This document shows positions 7,354 to 15,956 of a DNA stretch of 39,845 nucleotides, piece after piece. A program made the translations under genes and the position numbers. The notes beneath the pieces were generated by a model. The model had not been told where the DNA came from and made no database searches. It was given only the letters and a program-made list of their open reading frames with translations. Each line of letters starts with the position of its first letter. Position 1 is the first letter of the stretch. Origin of the DNA: a virus; IMG/VR virus record IMGVR_UViG_3300006147_000054, one strand, 5' to 3'.

Positions 7354-8220
7354 ATGAAAAGTAAAGAAATTGCTACCAAGTTAGATGAAACTAGTTCTGA
7401 ATACAGATTTAAATTAACACCAGCATCAATTGAATTTGAAGACTTTGACAAGCTTAGAAAAGAAGCTGACGAAGTCTATAAAAGATATAACGGCTATGTA
7501 GTTGTTCCTGCTAATTTGAAAGTTGATAAAGCAATAGCTGCTGATTTAAATAAGAAAGCAAAAGCACTAAGGGCAGCTAAAAAGGCGGTAAGGAAACAGG
7601 CTTTAGAACCATTAGCTGAATTTGATGGAAAAATGGACGATTTAATTGATGAAATTGAGGATGTTTCAGGTCAAATTCATCAAGGGCTTAAAGACTATAA
7701 AGAACAAGCAATTAAATTAAGACATGAGAATAATATTAAGCATATAGATAAGATGGCCGAACAGTTTGGTCTTACGCATGAAGACATTCCATATGACAGT
7801 AAATGGGATAACAAGTCCACTAATTGGAAAAAGGCTGAAGAAACAATTAATCAATTGCTAGAAAAGGCGGCTCAAGAACGTGATTTCAAAAATGAAAAAA
7901 TTGAGCTAATCACAGAAGCTGCTGAAAAAGAACATATTTTACCAGATAGCTATATAAATCTTATTAGTGATTTAACTATTTCTGAAATATTAACTCGTAT
8001 TAAAAACGATGGAAAACGTCAACGTGAATTAAATCAAGAACAAGATGAGTCTATTCCACAATCAGTTAAAGGTAATTCGGTAATTGATACTTCTACAGGG
8101 GAAGTAGTAGGTAAAGCTGAAATTGCGTACTTAAAAATTACAGGCTCACATACTCAAATGGAAAAATTAGTCCAATTCTTTAAGAAAAATGGATTAAAAG
8201 TAGAACCGATTAAGAGGTAA
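7354..8220 (+). CDS. DUF1351-like protein (accessory to the recombination module)
   Basis: 288 aa, coiled-coil rich. The N-terminal pattern (IEFEDFDKLRKEADEVYKRYNGYVV...NLKVDKAIAADLNK) and its position upstream of ERF match my recollection of DUF1351. Confidence 0.55.
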   Translation: MKSKEIATKLDETSSEYRFKLTPASIEFEDFDKLRKEADEVYKRYNGYVVVPANLKVDKAIAADLNKKAKALRAAKKAVRKQALEPLAEFDGKMDDLIDEIEDVSGQIHQGLKDYKEQAIKLRHENNIKHIDKMAEQFGLTHEDIPYDSKWDNKSTNWKKAEETINQLLEKAAQERDFKNEKIELITEAAEKEHILPDSYINLISDLTISEILTRIKNDGKRQRELNQEQDESIPQSVKGNSVIDTSTGEVVGKAEIAYLKITGSHTQMEKLVQFFKKNGLKVEPIKR

Positions 8221-8225
8221 ACACA

Positions 8226-8999
8226 ATGGAGTTTATAGGAGAAGAGAAAGATCGCACTAGCTGGGCACTTCATTTTGCCCAAGTTAAAGCCAATATTAAG
8301 CAACCACAGAGAAGCCACACAGTTCAAGTATCTGGTAAAACAAAGGCCGGCAAGCCTTATACCTATGAATACAAATACGCTGATTTAGCAGATGTTGATA
8401 AATCAGTTATGGACGCTATTAAGAACGTTGTTGACGATAAGGGAGCTGTTCAATTTTCTTACTTCTTTGATGTTAATAACACAGATCAAGGTGTAGATGT
8501 CAGAACGATTTTAGTCGATATTACAGGATTTTGTGCAGTAACTAATAAAGTTTGGTTTAAAAATTTCAATGTTGGGGATGCGCAGAAAACTGCTAGTTTA
8601 ATTAGTTACGCCAAGCGTTACTCCTTAAGTGCAGCATTTGGAATTGCTAGCGAAGATGACGATGATGCACAAGATATCAAGACTATTGAAGAGCCAAAAG
8701 TACTATCTAAGCGTGAATTAGATAACTATATGGTCTACTATAACGGCTTAAAAGCCAACTTAGCTGATCTGTATCAAGAAGCCGTAGATGGTATGCAAGA
8801 TGCGCAAGAGTGGATTAGAGGGTCACACACTCCACAAGATGCGCAAGCTATTCATCAGCTAAATCAAATTTATAAGCAGCGAGAAAAGAGTAAGCAAGAA
8901 GATGTCTCTAATTTGTTCGGTACCCTTCCAGGAGAGGGGCCAAAAGTTGAACAAAAATATATTAAGGAGGAGGTAAAAAATGGGCAGAAGGATGTTTAG
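8226..8999 (+). CDS. erf: ERF-family single-strand annealing protein
   Basis: Motifs YKYADLADVDKSV and ISYAKRYSLSAAFGIASEDDDDA are typical of the ERF superfamily. Confidence 0.8.
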   Translation: MEFIGEEKDRTSWALHFAQVKANIKQPQRSHTVQVSGKTKAGKPYTYEYKYADLADVDKSVMDAIKNVVDDKGAVQFSYFFDVNNTDQGVDVRTILVDITGFCAVTNKVWFKNFNVGDAQKTASLISYAKRYSLSAAFGIASEDDDDAQDIKTIEEPKVLSKRELDNYMVYYNGLKANLADLYQEAVDGMQDAQEWIRGSHTPQDAQAIHQLNQIYKQREKSKQEDVSNLFGTLPGEGPKVEQKYIKEEVKNGQKDV

Positions 9000-9930
9000 T
9001 GACAAAGTTGTTGAGACAGACAAGTTCCTAGATATGCCAGTTTCCACTCAAAACCTATATTTTCATCTATGTATGCACGCAGATGATGATGGTTTTCTTG
9101 GAAATCCTAAAACTATAACCCGTTCAATTGGTGGGCAACAAGATGATTTAACTCATCTAATTGAAAAAGGGTATGTAATTGTCTTTGAAGATGGAACTGT
9201 AGCAATAACTGATTGGTTTGTTCATAACTATATTCCTAAAGATCGTTATCACAAAACAGTTTATCAAGAGAATAAGAAAAAATTGGAACTCTCCGAAACC
9301 AAGCAATACCGCCTTGTAACAAGATCCCCGATTGTTCAGGATGCAGAAAGTAAACAAGATGTATACAACATGGATACAGACTGTATACAAGATGCAAACA
9401 AAGTGTATACCGAAGATAAGTTAAGTAAAGATAAGTTAAGTAAAGATAATAATACAGATAAATTGTCGAGTTCTGAACCGAACTCCGACCCTGAACTTGA
9501 AGAAAAACAAAAATCTCAAAAAATACCTTATGAGAAAATTGTCGATTACTTAAACAGAAAAACTAGCTCACACTATCGCTCAACCTCTAAAGCTACAAGA
9601 CGCTTAATTAAAGCTAGATACAACGAGGGCTTTACAGATATAGACTTCAAAACTGTTATAGACAAGAAGTGTGCTGAATGGTTACAAGATGCCAATATGG
9701 TGCAGTACTTACGCCCAGAAACGTTATTTGGTACTAAATTTGAAGCTTATCTAAATCAGCCAGATACAGGATCTATTCCACGGCGAAATTATGGATCTAA
9801 ACCAGTTCGCAAGGCTACTAACTGGGATCAATATCAGCATCAGCAACAACCGAAAGAACGACGTCTGACTCAGCAGGAGCGAGAAGCGATATTCAGAGAG
9901 TTTGGTCCGGGAGGTAGCTATGCAAAATAG
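8980..9930 (+). CDS. Replisome organizer (Phage_rep_org_N-like N-terminus, conserved phage C-terminal domain)
   Basis: The N-terminus (FSDKVVETDKFLDMPVSTQNLYFHLCMHADDDGF) and the C-terminus (IPYEKIVDYLNRKT...YLRPETLFGTKFEAYLNQ) are the typical pair. GGAGGAGG RBS. Confidence 0.8.
   Translation: MGRRMFSDKVVETDKFLDMPVSTQNLYFHLCMHADDDGFLGNPKTITRSIGGQQDDLTHLIEKGYVIVFEDGTVAITDWFVHNYIPKDRYHKTVYQENKKKLELSETKQYRLVTRSPIVQDAESKQDVYNMDTDCIQDANKVYTEDKLSKDKLSKDNNTDKLSSSEPNSDPELEEKQKSQKIPYEKIVDYLNRKTSSHYRSTSKATRRLIKARYNEGFTDIDFKTVIDKKCAEWLQDANMVQYLRPETLFGTKFEAYLNQPDTGSIPRRNYGSKPVRKATNWDQYQHQQQPKERRLTQQEREAIFREFGPGGSYAK
9361..9465. repeat. Candidate replication origin (iterons) inside the replisome organizer gene
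   Basis: GTATAC palindromes at 9361, 9383 and 9405, plus GGATAC at 9372, are spaced at multiples of 11 bp. They are followed by 2.5 tandem copies of GATAAGTTAAGTAAA (9415, 9430, partial at 9445). Confidence 0.55.
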
Positions 9931-10237
9931 ACTTAAAGAAATTCGGCAAGAAAAAGGCTTAACCCTTGATGAAATGCAAAATCAAACAGGGATTAAGCGA
10001 GGAACATATAACAATTATGAAAATGGTGTGACCGAACCAAAACTAGAGACTTGGCAAAAGCTAGCTAATTTTTGGAAAGTTTCAGTGCCTTATCTCCAAG
10101 GCCTAGACCAAAAATGGTATCAAGCTGAATGTTTAGAATGCGGCAAAATCTTTAGAATTTTGTCAAAAGAAGCAGACGAGGTTAACTGCTGCCCATTTTG
10201 TAAAAAATTTTATTTATCAATTTCAAAAGCCAATTAA
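9920..10237 (+). CDS. Xre-type HTH protein with a C-terminal CxxC...CCxxC zinc ribbon
   Basis: GGGAGG lies upstream of the ATG at 9920. HTH pattern LKEIRQEKGLTLDEMQNQTGIKRGTYNNYENG, then CLECG...CCPFCKK. Confidence 0.75.
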   Translation: MQNRLKEIRQEKGLTLDEMQNQTGIKRGTYNNYENGVTEPKLETWQKLANFWKVSVPYLQGLDQKWYQAECLECGKIFRILSKEADEVNCCPFCKKFYLSISKAN

Positions 10238-10257
10238 GAAGAGTAAAGGAGTAAATC

Positions 10258-10878
10258 ATGGAAACTATTGTTTATAACGAAATAATTGATGGAAGAACTG
10301 CTGTTGTAAAAGAAATGAATATGCCTTTTGGTCACTATTACACCGGGTATATTGAAATTCTATCGACTGATCCAATTAGTTGGAAAAATCGTTTAGAGAT
10401 GGGGAAAGAAATATTTTTTGACTCTTATGCTGAGTTTGAGGAGTTTCCTAGTGGAGTAACATTTGCTGGAACTCTTCCAGGAATTGATAGTGAAAAACAA
10501 TTTGTAGGTTTTGATACGGAATCATTTCCAGCAGGTGAGTATGACAAAGAAGACTGCATAGATATTTTGGAAGAAACAGCTACTAGGCTCGCAATTAGAA
10601 CTAGAGCAGCAAAAGAAGCAGTTGCTAATCTGAAAAACGAAGAAGATCAATCTGATGAAAAGCCAAAGAACGTTGGCTTGTTACTAGAAACATTAACTGA
10701 TATAGCTAAGGCGAATACCGCTAACAAGTTTGATGAGAAAGACAATGCTGAACGGTATTTGAATGAAGCAGGAAATAATGTGGCAGGTTATCTTATTAAA
10801 GAATTAGGCGTTAACCCAGCTGATATTGCCTTATATGCTATTGCAAAAATTGTACTAAACGAGGACGAAGAGGATTAA
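10258..10878 (+). CDS. Hypothetical acidic protein
   Basis: 206 aa, AAGGAG RBS, ends LNEDEED. Confidence 0.65.
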   Translation: METIVYNEIIDGRTAVVKEMNMPFGHYYTGYIEILSTDPISWKNRLEMGKEIFFDSYAEFEEFPSGVTFAGTLPGIDSEKQFVGFDTESFPAGEYDKEDCIDILEETATRLAIRTRAAKEAVANLKNEEDQSDEKPKNVGLLLETLTDIAKANTANKFDEKDNAERYLNEAGNNVAGYLIKELGVNPADIALYAIAKIVLNEDEED

Positions 10879-10881
10879 AAA

Positions 10882-11217
10882 GTGAGTAAATACGTAAGAG
10901 GAACAGAACATATTAGCGAAGAATTAGCAAGATTTATCGGAAGGACCTTGGGAATTGTAGCAGTTGGAGATGAAAATTTAGCTTTAAAACTGACTGAGGA
11001 AGTATCGAAAATGGTTGATCAAAGCTCTTTAGATTTGATTGCTTCTAGTCAAGTGGGACAATTGCTGTTTACATCTTTACAATTTGGAAACAGTAAAGAT
11101 GTAACCGAGGGCTTTAAAGCAATATTTGATGATGATAAAAAGGCAGAAGAGGCAGCTAAGGAGTTTATAAAGGCACAACTTCCAAACATTATTGGAGAGG
11201 ACGAAGATGATGAGTAG
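10882..11217 (+). CDS. Hypothetical highly acidic protein
   Basis: 111 aa, GTG start, ends GEDEDDE. Confidence 0.55.
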   Translation: MSKYVRGTEHISEELARFIGRTLGIVAVGDENLALKLTEEVSKMVDQSSLDLIASSQVGQLLFTSLQFGNSKDVTEGFKAIFDDDKKAEEAAKEFIKAQLPNIIGEDEDDE

Positions 11218-11956
11218 CGAATTAATCAAAGTAACAGTTCAAAACGATCAGCAACTAGTTAGTGCGAGAGATCTTTATAAAGGATTAGGACTAAAAGGTC
11301 GTTTTAGCAGATGGGTAGATAATAATTTTGATTTATATACCGAAAACGAAGATTTTTACAAGTGTACATCAAGTACAGTTGTTGGAAACGGGGCTAGACG
11401 AGAAATTGTTGATTATGCCTTAACAATTTCAATGGCTAAGCAGCTTGCAATGATGGCGAGAACAGAAACATCAAAATTATATCGAGAATATTTCTTGGAA
11501 CTCGAAAGAAAGTGGAATGACCCACAAAACGTTATTCAACGTGCTATGGATATTCTTCATAGTGAGAACTTGCAACTTAAGCTTGAAAACAAGAGCCTAA
11601 GTAGACAACTAGAGGAGAGTAACAAGAAAGCTAGTTATTTAGATGTCATTCTTGGAACTACTGATGCAATGCTTACAACACAGATTGCTATGGATTATGG
11701 CTATAGCGCTAGAGAGTTCAACAAGTTACTCCATCGCATGAAAATTCAGCATAAAGTTAACGGTCAATGGATCTTATATAAAGCGTATATGGGTAAAAAA
11801 TACACAACCACCAAGATGTATTCCTACACTGATAAACACGGTAAAGATCATGCTAAGCCACTTACAGCGTGGACACAAAAAGGTAGACGCTTGATTTACG
11901 ACGTGCTTAAAGAAAATGACGTTCTACCACTAATCGAGAGAGAGGACATTGCTTAA
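11207..11956 (+). CDS. Phage antirepressor (AntA/Bro-type N-terminus plus KilAC-type C-terminus)
   Basis: N-terminus: VSARDLYKGLGLKGRFSRWVDNN. C-terminus: LTTQIAMDYGYSAREFNKLLHRMKIQHKVNGQWILY. The ATGs at 11207 and 11210 follow GGAGAGGA. Confidence 0.75.
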   Translation: MMSSELIKVTVQNDQQLVSARDLYKGLGLKGRFSRWVDNNFDLYTENEDFYKCTSSTVVGNGARREIVDYALTISMAKQLAMMARTETSKLYREYFLELERKWNDPQNVIQRAMDILHSENLQLKLENKSLSRQLEESNKKASYLDVILGTTDAMLTTQIAMDYGYSAREFNKLLHRMKIQHKVNGQWILYKAYMGKKYTTTKMYSYTDKHGKDHAKPLTAWTQKGRRLIYDVLKENDVLPLIEREDIA

Positions 11957-12168
11957 TGCTTGAAGAAAACCATAATTTGGAAAAGATTATCGAAGACGCA
12001 AAAGAGTACCGATGGTACTCAATCCCTGATATGTACATGGTTGAGATCTTAGACACAACTGGTCGTTCTGCTGGATATGCTAAGTCGATATTTATTGACA
12101 AGAAAGAGGCAGCAAAAGTTGCTAAGAAGCTCCATGGAGTAGTAAGGCAGGTAAGTCAAAATGAGTAA
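11956..12168 (+). CDS. Hypothetical protein
   Basis: 70-aa ORF. Its start overlaps the upstream stop (TAATG). Confidence 0.55.
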   Translation: MLEENHNLEKIIEDAKEYRWYSIPDMYMVEILDTTGRSAGYAKSIFIDKKEAAKVAKKLHGVVRQVSQNE

Positions 12169-12358
12169 AACCCAGCTAAAACCAAAGTGGTATGCAATGT
12201 ATAGAGGTGACACATTTATTGATCTTGGTACAGCAGATTATTTAGCTGAAAAGTATCACAAAAAGAAACAATCTCTGTTGTACTTGTCGAAACCTGCATA
12301 TCACAGAAACGCACCGAAAAATAGCCAAAGACTAACACTTTATAAAATGGAGGATTAG
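12161..12358 (+). CDS. Hypothetical protein
   Basis: 65-aa ORF overlapping the upstream gene by 8 nt. Confidence 0.55.
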   Translation: MSKTQLKPKWYAMYRGDTFIDLGTADYLAEKYHKKKQSLLYLSKPAYHRNAPKNSQRLTLYKMED

Positions 12359-12361
12359 GCA

Positions 12362-12631
12362 ATGAAAGTAATTGATAAGCGAACAGAAAGAAATAATGAT
12401 TGGCATATTGGAGATGTAATTTGCTACTGGAATAAGCCTGATGAAAAGTATTACGGCTTAATTTGTGAAATAAAGCTCCCTACTGATAGCGGGTTTGGAG
12501 TAATAGATTTAGAAAATAAAACAGAATCATTAGTTTCATTTACCTTTCCTTTAATTGATGATTTACAGCATCTTGTTAGAAGTGAATATCGTCATGTTGA
12601 AAAAGTAAACGCAAAGCTGGTGATCGAATGA
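12362..12631 (+). CDS. Hypothetical protein
   Basis: 89-aa ORF, tightly packed in the operon. Confidence 0.55.
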   Translation: MKVIDKRTERNNDWHIGDVICYWNKPDEKYYGLICEIKLPTDSGFGVIDLENKTESLVSFTFPLIDDLQHLVRSEYRHVEKVNAKLVIE

Positions 12632-12870
12632 CAGTAGCAACTAGAGAAAAATGTCCCTGCTGTGATTTTGATTCAGATGGTTTTGGTAAAAACATAATTG
12701 GCAAAGGTTATGGTAGCTGCGAAATTAGATTATATAGAGCAACTAAATATGACTTCTACATTTATTCATATTCAGTTGGAGCTGAAGCACTTTTAAAAGA
12801 TTGGTTTGAAATATATTCTCAAAAAGTTAGATTTTGCCCAGTATGCGGAAGGAGATTAGCAATTGACTAA
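12628..12870 (+). CDS. Small zinc-ribbon protein
   Basis: 80 aa with CPCC near the N-terminus and CPVCG near the C-terminus. ATGA overlap with the upstream gene. Confidence 0.55.
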   Translation: MTVATREKCPCCDFDSDGFGKNIIGKGYGSCEIRLYRATKYDFYIYSYSVGAEALLKDWFEIYSQKVRFCPVCGRRLAID

Positions 12871-12932
12871 AAAACAAAAATCTACTCAAGAAGTGATAGA
12901 AGAATGGCGAAAAGTAATCAGAGGAGAAAACA

Positions 12933-13289
12933 ATGGAAAAAATCAAAGTAGAAAAAGATAGTGTAGAAGAGAGTTATCGTTGGGCTTATGGCTGGCGAGT
13001 GGTAGATGGGAAGTGTTCTCCACCTGCAAGGAACTTCCCTTTACCAGACTTTGTTCAAGCAAGAATTGAGTGGCTATCTGATGAAATGCAACGGGGTGGC
13101 TTAACATTTCAAGGCGCTTTTAAGATGCTGTTAGATATTGATGATGAAAAGGCACTGAAAGAAGATTGGAAACTGGGAGCTGCAAGTGACTATATGCAAG
13201 TTAGTGATGAGTACCGTAACTGGTTACAAGATCCAATTCTTCATGATATTAGACGAGTTGCAGTTATGGTGGGGTTCATTTATGACTGA
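12933..13289 (+). CDS. Hypothetical protein, paralog A of 14137..14478
   Basis: 118 aa, GAGGAG RBS. By eye it is roughly two-thirds identical to the 14137 product. Confidence 0.65.
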   Translation: MEKIKVEKDSVEESYRWAYGWRVVDGKCSPPARNFPLPDFVQARIEWLSDEMQRGGLTFQGAFKMLLDIDDEKALKEDWKLGAASDYMQVSDEYRNWLQDPILHDIRRVAVMVGFIYD

Positions 13290-13356
13290 TTGGATTTTTG
13301 CAGCAGCATTCTTAGTTCTGCTAGAAATATTGATTTTATATGTGGGGAGTTTATAA
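13282..13356 (+). CDS. Possible 24-aa hydrophobic peptide
   Basis: Sequence MTDWIFAAAFLVLLEILILYVGSL. The ATG overlaps the upstream stop. No independent support. Confidence 0.25.
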   Translation: MTDWIFAAAFLVLLEILILYVGSL

Positions 13357-13358
13357 AC

Positions 13359-13664
13359 ATGATTTTTGAAATACATTCTGTAAAGGACACATTTGATGAA
13401 GAAGGAGATTTATCTAGGAGTTATTTAGGCGCACTTGCTGAAGCTGGCTTTAAACTGATGAAAGAAAAAGACGAATTTGGAGATTCAATATATAAAATTC
13501 ATGTTGTAAATCTGAAAGATTTACAACTACTGCACCAAACAGTTAATCACGATTTAATCATATCGTTTCCTGAATCAAAGCCAGTACCGGAAAATACTAT
13601 GAGTATATTGTGTGATAGATATGATGAACCACAACTTTTAATCTATGATGATTGGGTTGAGTAA
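13359..13664 (+). CDS. Hypothetical protein
   Basis: The ATG at 13359 is preceded by GGGGAG. The ORF-track start at 13290 is a TTG without support. Confidence 0.55.
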   Translation: MIFEIHSVKDTFDEEGDLSRSYLGALAEAGFKLMKEKDEFGDSIYKIHVVNLKDLQLLHQTVNHDLIISFPESKPVPENTMSILCDRYDEPQLLIYDDWVE

Positions 13665-13669
13665 GTTAT

Positions 13670-14131
13670 ATGAGAGTTAATTTTACGATTGAAGGACCGC
13701 CAGTAGGTAAGGCTAGACCTAGAGTTACTAGGACAGGTACTTTTAATCCGCCTAAAAGTGATCAGTACGAAAAATTAGTAAGATACACAGCAATTAACAG
13801 TTTTAGTGGATATTTTGACCTAGATGAGCCTTTAGATGTCAAAATAGTGGCATATTTTAGAATTCCCAAGAGTTGGAGCAAGAAGCGCAAAGCTCGTTGC
13901 TTAGCTAATCAGGAATTACCTATTAAGACTCCTGACGCTGATAATATCGCAAAAATAATACTGGATGGTATGAATCCGGATAAAAAGCGAAATAAACAGT
14001 TGAGAAAAATGGTTGAACTTATGCGTGGAGTATATAGAGATGATAGGCAAGTCACTAAATTGGCAGTTGTAAAGAGATATGCAGACCGTCCTAGGGTTGA
14101 AGTGAGAATTAAGAGAGATATGGGGGATTAG
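13670..14131 (+). CDS. rusA: RusA-family Holliday junction resolvase
   Basis: Motifs GPPVGKARPR, DADNIAKIILDGMN and YRDDRQV. Confidence 0.85.
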   Translation: MRVNFTIEGPPVGKARPRVTRTGTFNPPKSDQYEKLVRYTAINSFSGYFDLDEPLDVKIVAYFRIPKSWSKKRKARCLANQELPIKTPDADNIAKIILDGMNPDKKRNKQLRKMVELMRGVYRDDRQVTKLAVVKRYADRPRVEVRIKRDMGD

Positions 14132-14136
14132 AAAAA

Positions 14137-14478
14137 ATGGAAAAAGATAGAGTGACTGAAAGTTATGATTGGGTATATGGATGGAAAGTTGAGGATGGCA
14201 AGTGTGTGCCACCAGCTAAAAATCATTCCTTACCTGAATTTGTTCAAAAGCGCATTGATTGGGTTTCAAATGAAATCCAGGGAGGGATGCTTACATTCCG
14301 CGGTGCTTTCAAAATGCTGTTAGATATTGATGATGAGGAAGATCTGAAAAAAGATTGGGAGTTTGGGGCTTCTAGCGATTACATGCCTGTTAGTGATGAG
14401 TACCGTAACTGGTTAAATGATCCGATTCTGGGCAATATTAGAAGCGTAGCATTGATGATTGCCGTAATTTACGGATAG
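14137..14478 (+). CDS. Hypothetical protein, paralog B of 12933..13289
   Basis: 113 aa. It shares GAFKMLLDIDDE and VSDEYRNWL blocks with paralog A, including an identical 27-nt stretch. Confidence 0.65.
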   Translation: MEKDRVTESYDWVYGWKVEDGKCVPPAKNHSLPEFVQKRIDWVSNEIQGGMLTFRGAFKMLLDIDDEEDLKKDWEFGASSDYMPVSDEYRNWLNDPILGNIRSVALMIAVIYG

Positions 14479-14491
14479 ATTGGGGAATTAG

Positions 14492-14716
14492 ATGGAAGAG
14501 ATAGACGTAAGCTTGCCAAGTAAATTTATGGATGCCTGTGTAGCAAAGAATAAGGACAAAGCCTTGAGATTAGCAAAGTTGATGGCTAAGCAACATAACT
14601 GCACTTTAAAGGCTGAACTTGATATTTTAGATTTTGATGCCAGCATTTTATCTAGTGAATACCGTTTGCCAATTGCCACTATGATTAAGGAACTAAGAAA
14701 ATATGAAGCATCATAA
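14492..14716 (+). CDS. Hypothetical protein
   Basis: 74-aa ORF with a GGGGA RBS. Confidence 0.55.
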   Translation: MEEIDVSLPSKFMDACVAKNKDKALRLAKLMAKQHNCTLKAELDILDFDASILSSEYRLPIATMIKELRKYEAS

Positions 14717-14789
14717 TGCAGAATTAATCGCTGTAGCAGGGATGTTAATCTGCTTAGGTGCAGTAGGATTTGTGGTTTTTGTCTTATGA
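14703..14789 (+). CDS. Possible 28-aa single-TM peptide
   Basis: Sequence MKHHNAELIAVAGMLICLGAVGFVVFVL. It overlaps the upstream gene end and has an ATGA overlap with the next ORF. Confidence 0.3.
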   Translation: MKHHNAELIAVAGMLICLGAVGFVVFVL

Positions 14790-14914
14790 GTGATCTTAAA
14801 TATCAAAAAGGCGAATGGTATCACGTACAGGAAGACGGGACACTTAAGTCGGTAGACTATGACAAAGAAGTTGAAGAGTATTACAAGAAATGGAGAGATA
14901 ACTATGGCAATTGA
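14786..14914 (+). CDS. Possible 42-aa protein
   Basis: Sequence MSDLKYQKGEWYHVQEDGTLKSVDYDKEVEEYYKKWRDNYGN. It fills the gap between 14789 and 14904 and is translationally coupled on both sides. Confidence 0.4.
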   Translation: MSDLKYQKGEWYHVQEDGTLKSVDYDKEVEEYYKKWRDNYGN

Positions 14915-15203
14915 ATTGAAGATTGGAACTAGAGGAACGAGGGCTGAATTACTGTATACCTTTACTCAGGATTTCTTAGATGAACATGGAATTAGGAGAG
15001 CTGGTTCAGTTCGTGTTCGTTCAGAAGATAGTATGAGTCTGGAATATAATGCTGTTTGCTATGTGATTAAAACTAAATACGGGTTTATGTGTTCACTAAA
15101 TAGTGGTGATGTTTTAACTTATATGGGCGATGGAATTTGGGACTTAAGAGTAGCTAAAGAAAATAAATTAACTGATGAAGAGGAAGAGAAGCCTTGGCTA
15201 TGA
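14904..15203 (+). CDS. Hypothetical protein
   Basis: The ATG at 14904 is preceded by GGAGAG at a 6-nt spacing. The ORF-track start at 14859 lacks an RBS. Confidence 0.55.
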   Translation: MAIELKIGTRGTRAELLYTFTQDFLDEHGIRRAGSVRVRSEDSMSLEYNAVCYVIKTKYGFMCSLNSGDVLTYMGDGIWDLRVAKENKLTDEEEEKPWL

Positions 15204-15412
15204 AATTGTATGGATATGAAGTCAACACTTGCAATTATAAGCAGTTTTCAACAGGACAACTTGATGAGTTTAGATCAATGTTGAAATCAAATATTAGGAA
15301 TTTTAATGAACTTGTTGAACCAACAATTGAAGCAATGATTGATAAAAGCAAGGCAGAAGAGTTACTAGCTTATATAGAGCATGAAATCAAAGTAAGAGAC
15401 AGAAATAATTGA
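15200..15412 (+). CDS. Hypothetical protein
   Basis: ATGA overlap with the upstream stop. 70 aa. Confidence 0.55.
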   Translation: MKLYGYEVNTCNYKQFSTGQLDEFRSMLKSNIRNFNELVEPTIEAMIDKSKAEELLAYIEHEIKVRDRNN

Positions 15413-15433
15413 TAGGTGAGAGGGAGTGTAAGT

Positions 15434-15937
15434 GTGTATCAAATCAATTTAGGGTTGCAGCCCAATCCGAGAGCTACAGCTAGGAAGGTGGACAAATTTC
15501 TGACTACTGAGTTTCAGAGATATCTTAACTTAGCTGGTTTGCACCGCAATCAACTTACAAGCCCTCAATTATCTTTTGCACCAGGATCAACAAACAAAAA
15601 TGGGGTCGAAGATAATTTCATAGATGAAGCATTAGATGATATTAATATTGCTGATCCTGCTAGGAAGGTGTGTGCAGCCATCTATAAGACAATGGATAAT
15701 TGTACTGACACCGCCTTTAAGCCCTACAGACGCATTTTAATTGGTACATATATAGATCAATTAAGGATTGTTGACGTAGCAGCAAGTGTCAACTTATCTA
15801 CTCGATCAATCGACAACAAAAAAGTCAACGCACAATGCGAATTTGCTGACCGTTGGCTGTACTGGAAGAAGTATTTTGATGTTGAAGGCTTACCTGATTT
15901 AAGAGTTTTTACTGAAAGAATTAAGACTGTTTGGTAA
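15434..15937 (+). CDS. ArpU-family late-gene transcriptional regulator (candidate)
   Basis: It is the last early gene before the packaging module. The pattern LTSPQLSFAPGS...NGVED and the size recall ArpU/Alt-type regulators. The start is either GTG 15434 (GAGGGAG upstream) or GTG 15416. Confidence 0.55.
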   Translation: MYQINLGLQPNPRATARKVDKFLTTEFQRYLNLAGLHRNQLTSPQLSFAPGSTNKNGVEDNFIDEALDDINIADPARKVCAAIYKTMDNCTDTAFKPYRRILIGTYIDQLRIVDVAASVNLSTRSIDNKKVNAQCEFADRWLYWKKYFDVEGLPDLRVFTERIKTVW

Positions 15938-15956
15938 GTTTCGGAAAAATTGGTCG

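Noticed and set aside
12864-12962. A 32-codon TTG-initiated ORF (LTKKQKSTQEVIEEWRKVIRGENNGKNQSRKR) bridging 12870 and 12933
   Set aside because: It has a non-ATG start without a convincing RBS, and it overlaps the RBS and start of the next gene. It cannot be supported from sequence alone.
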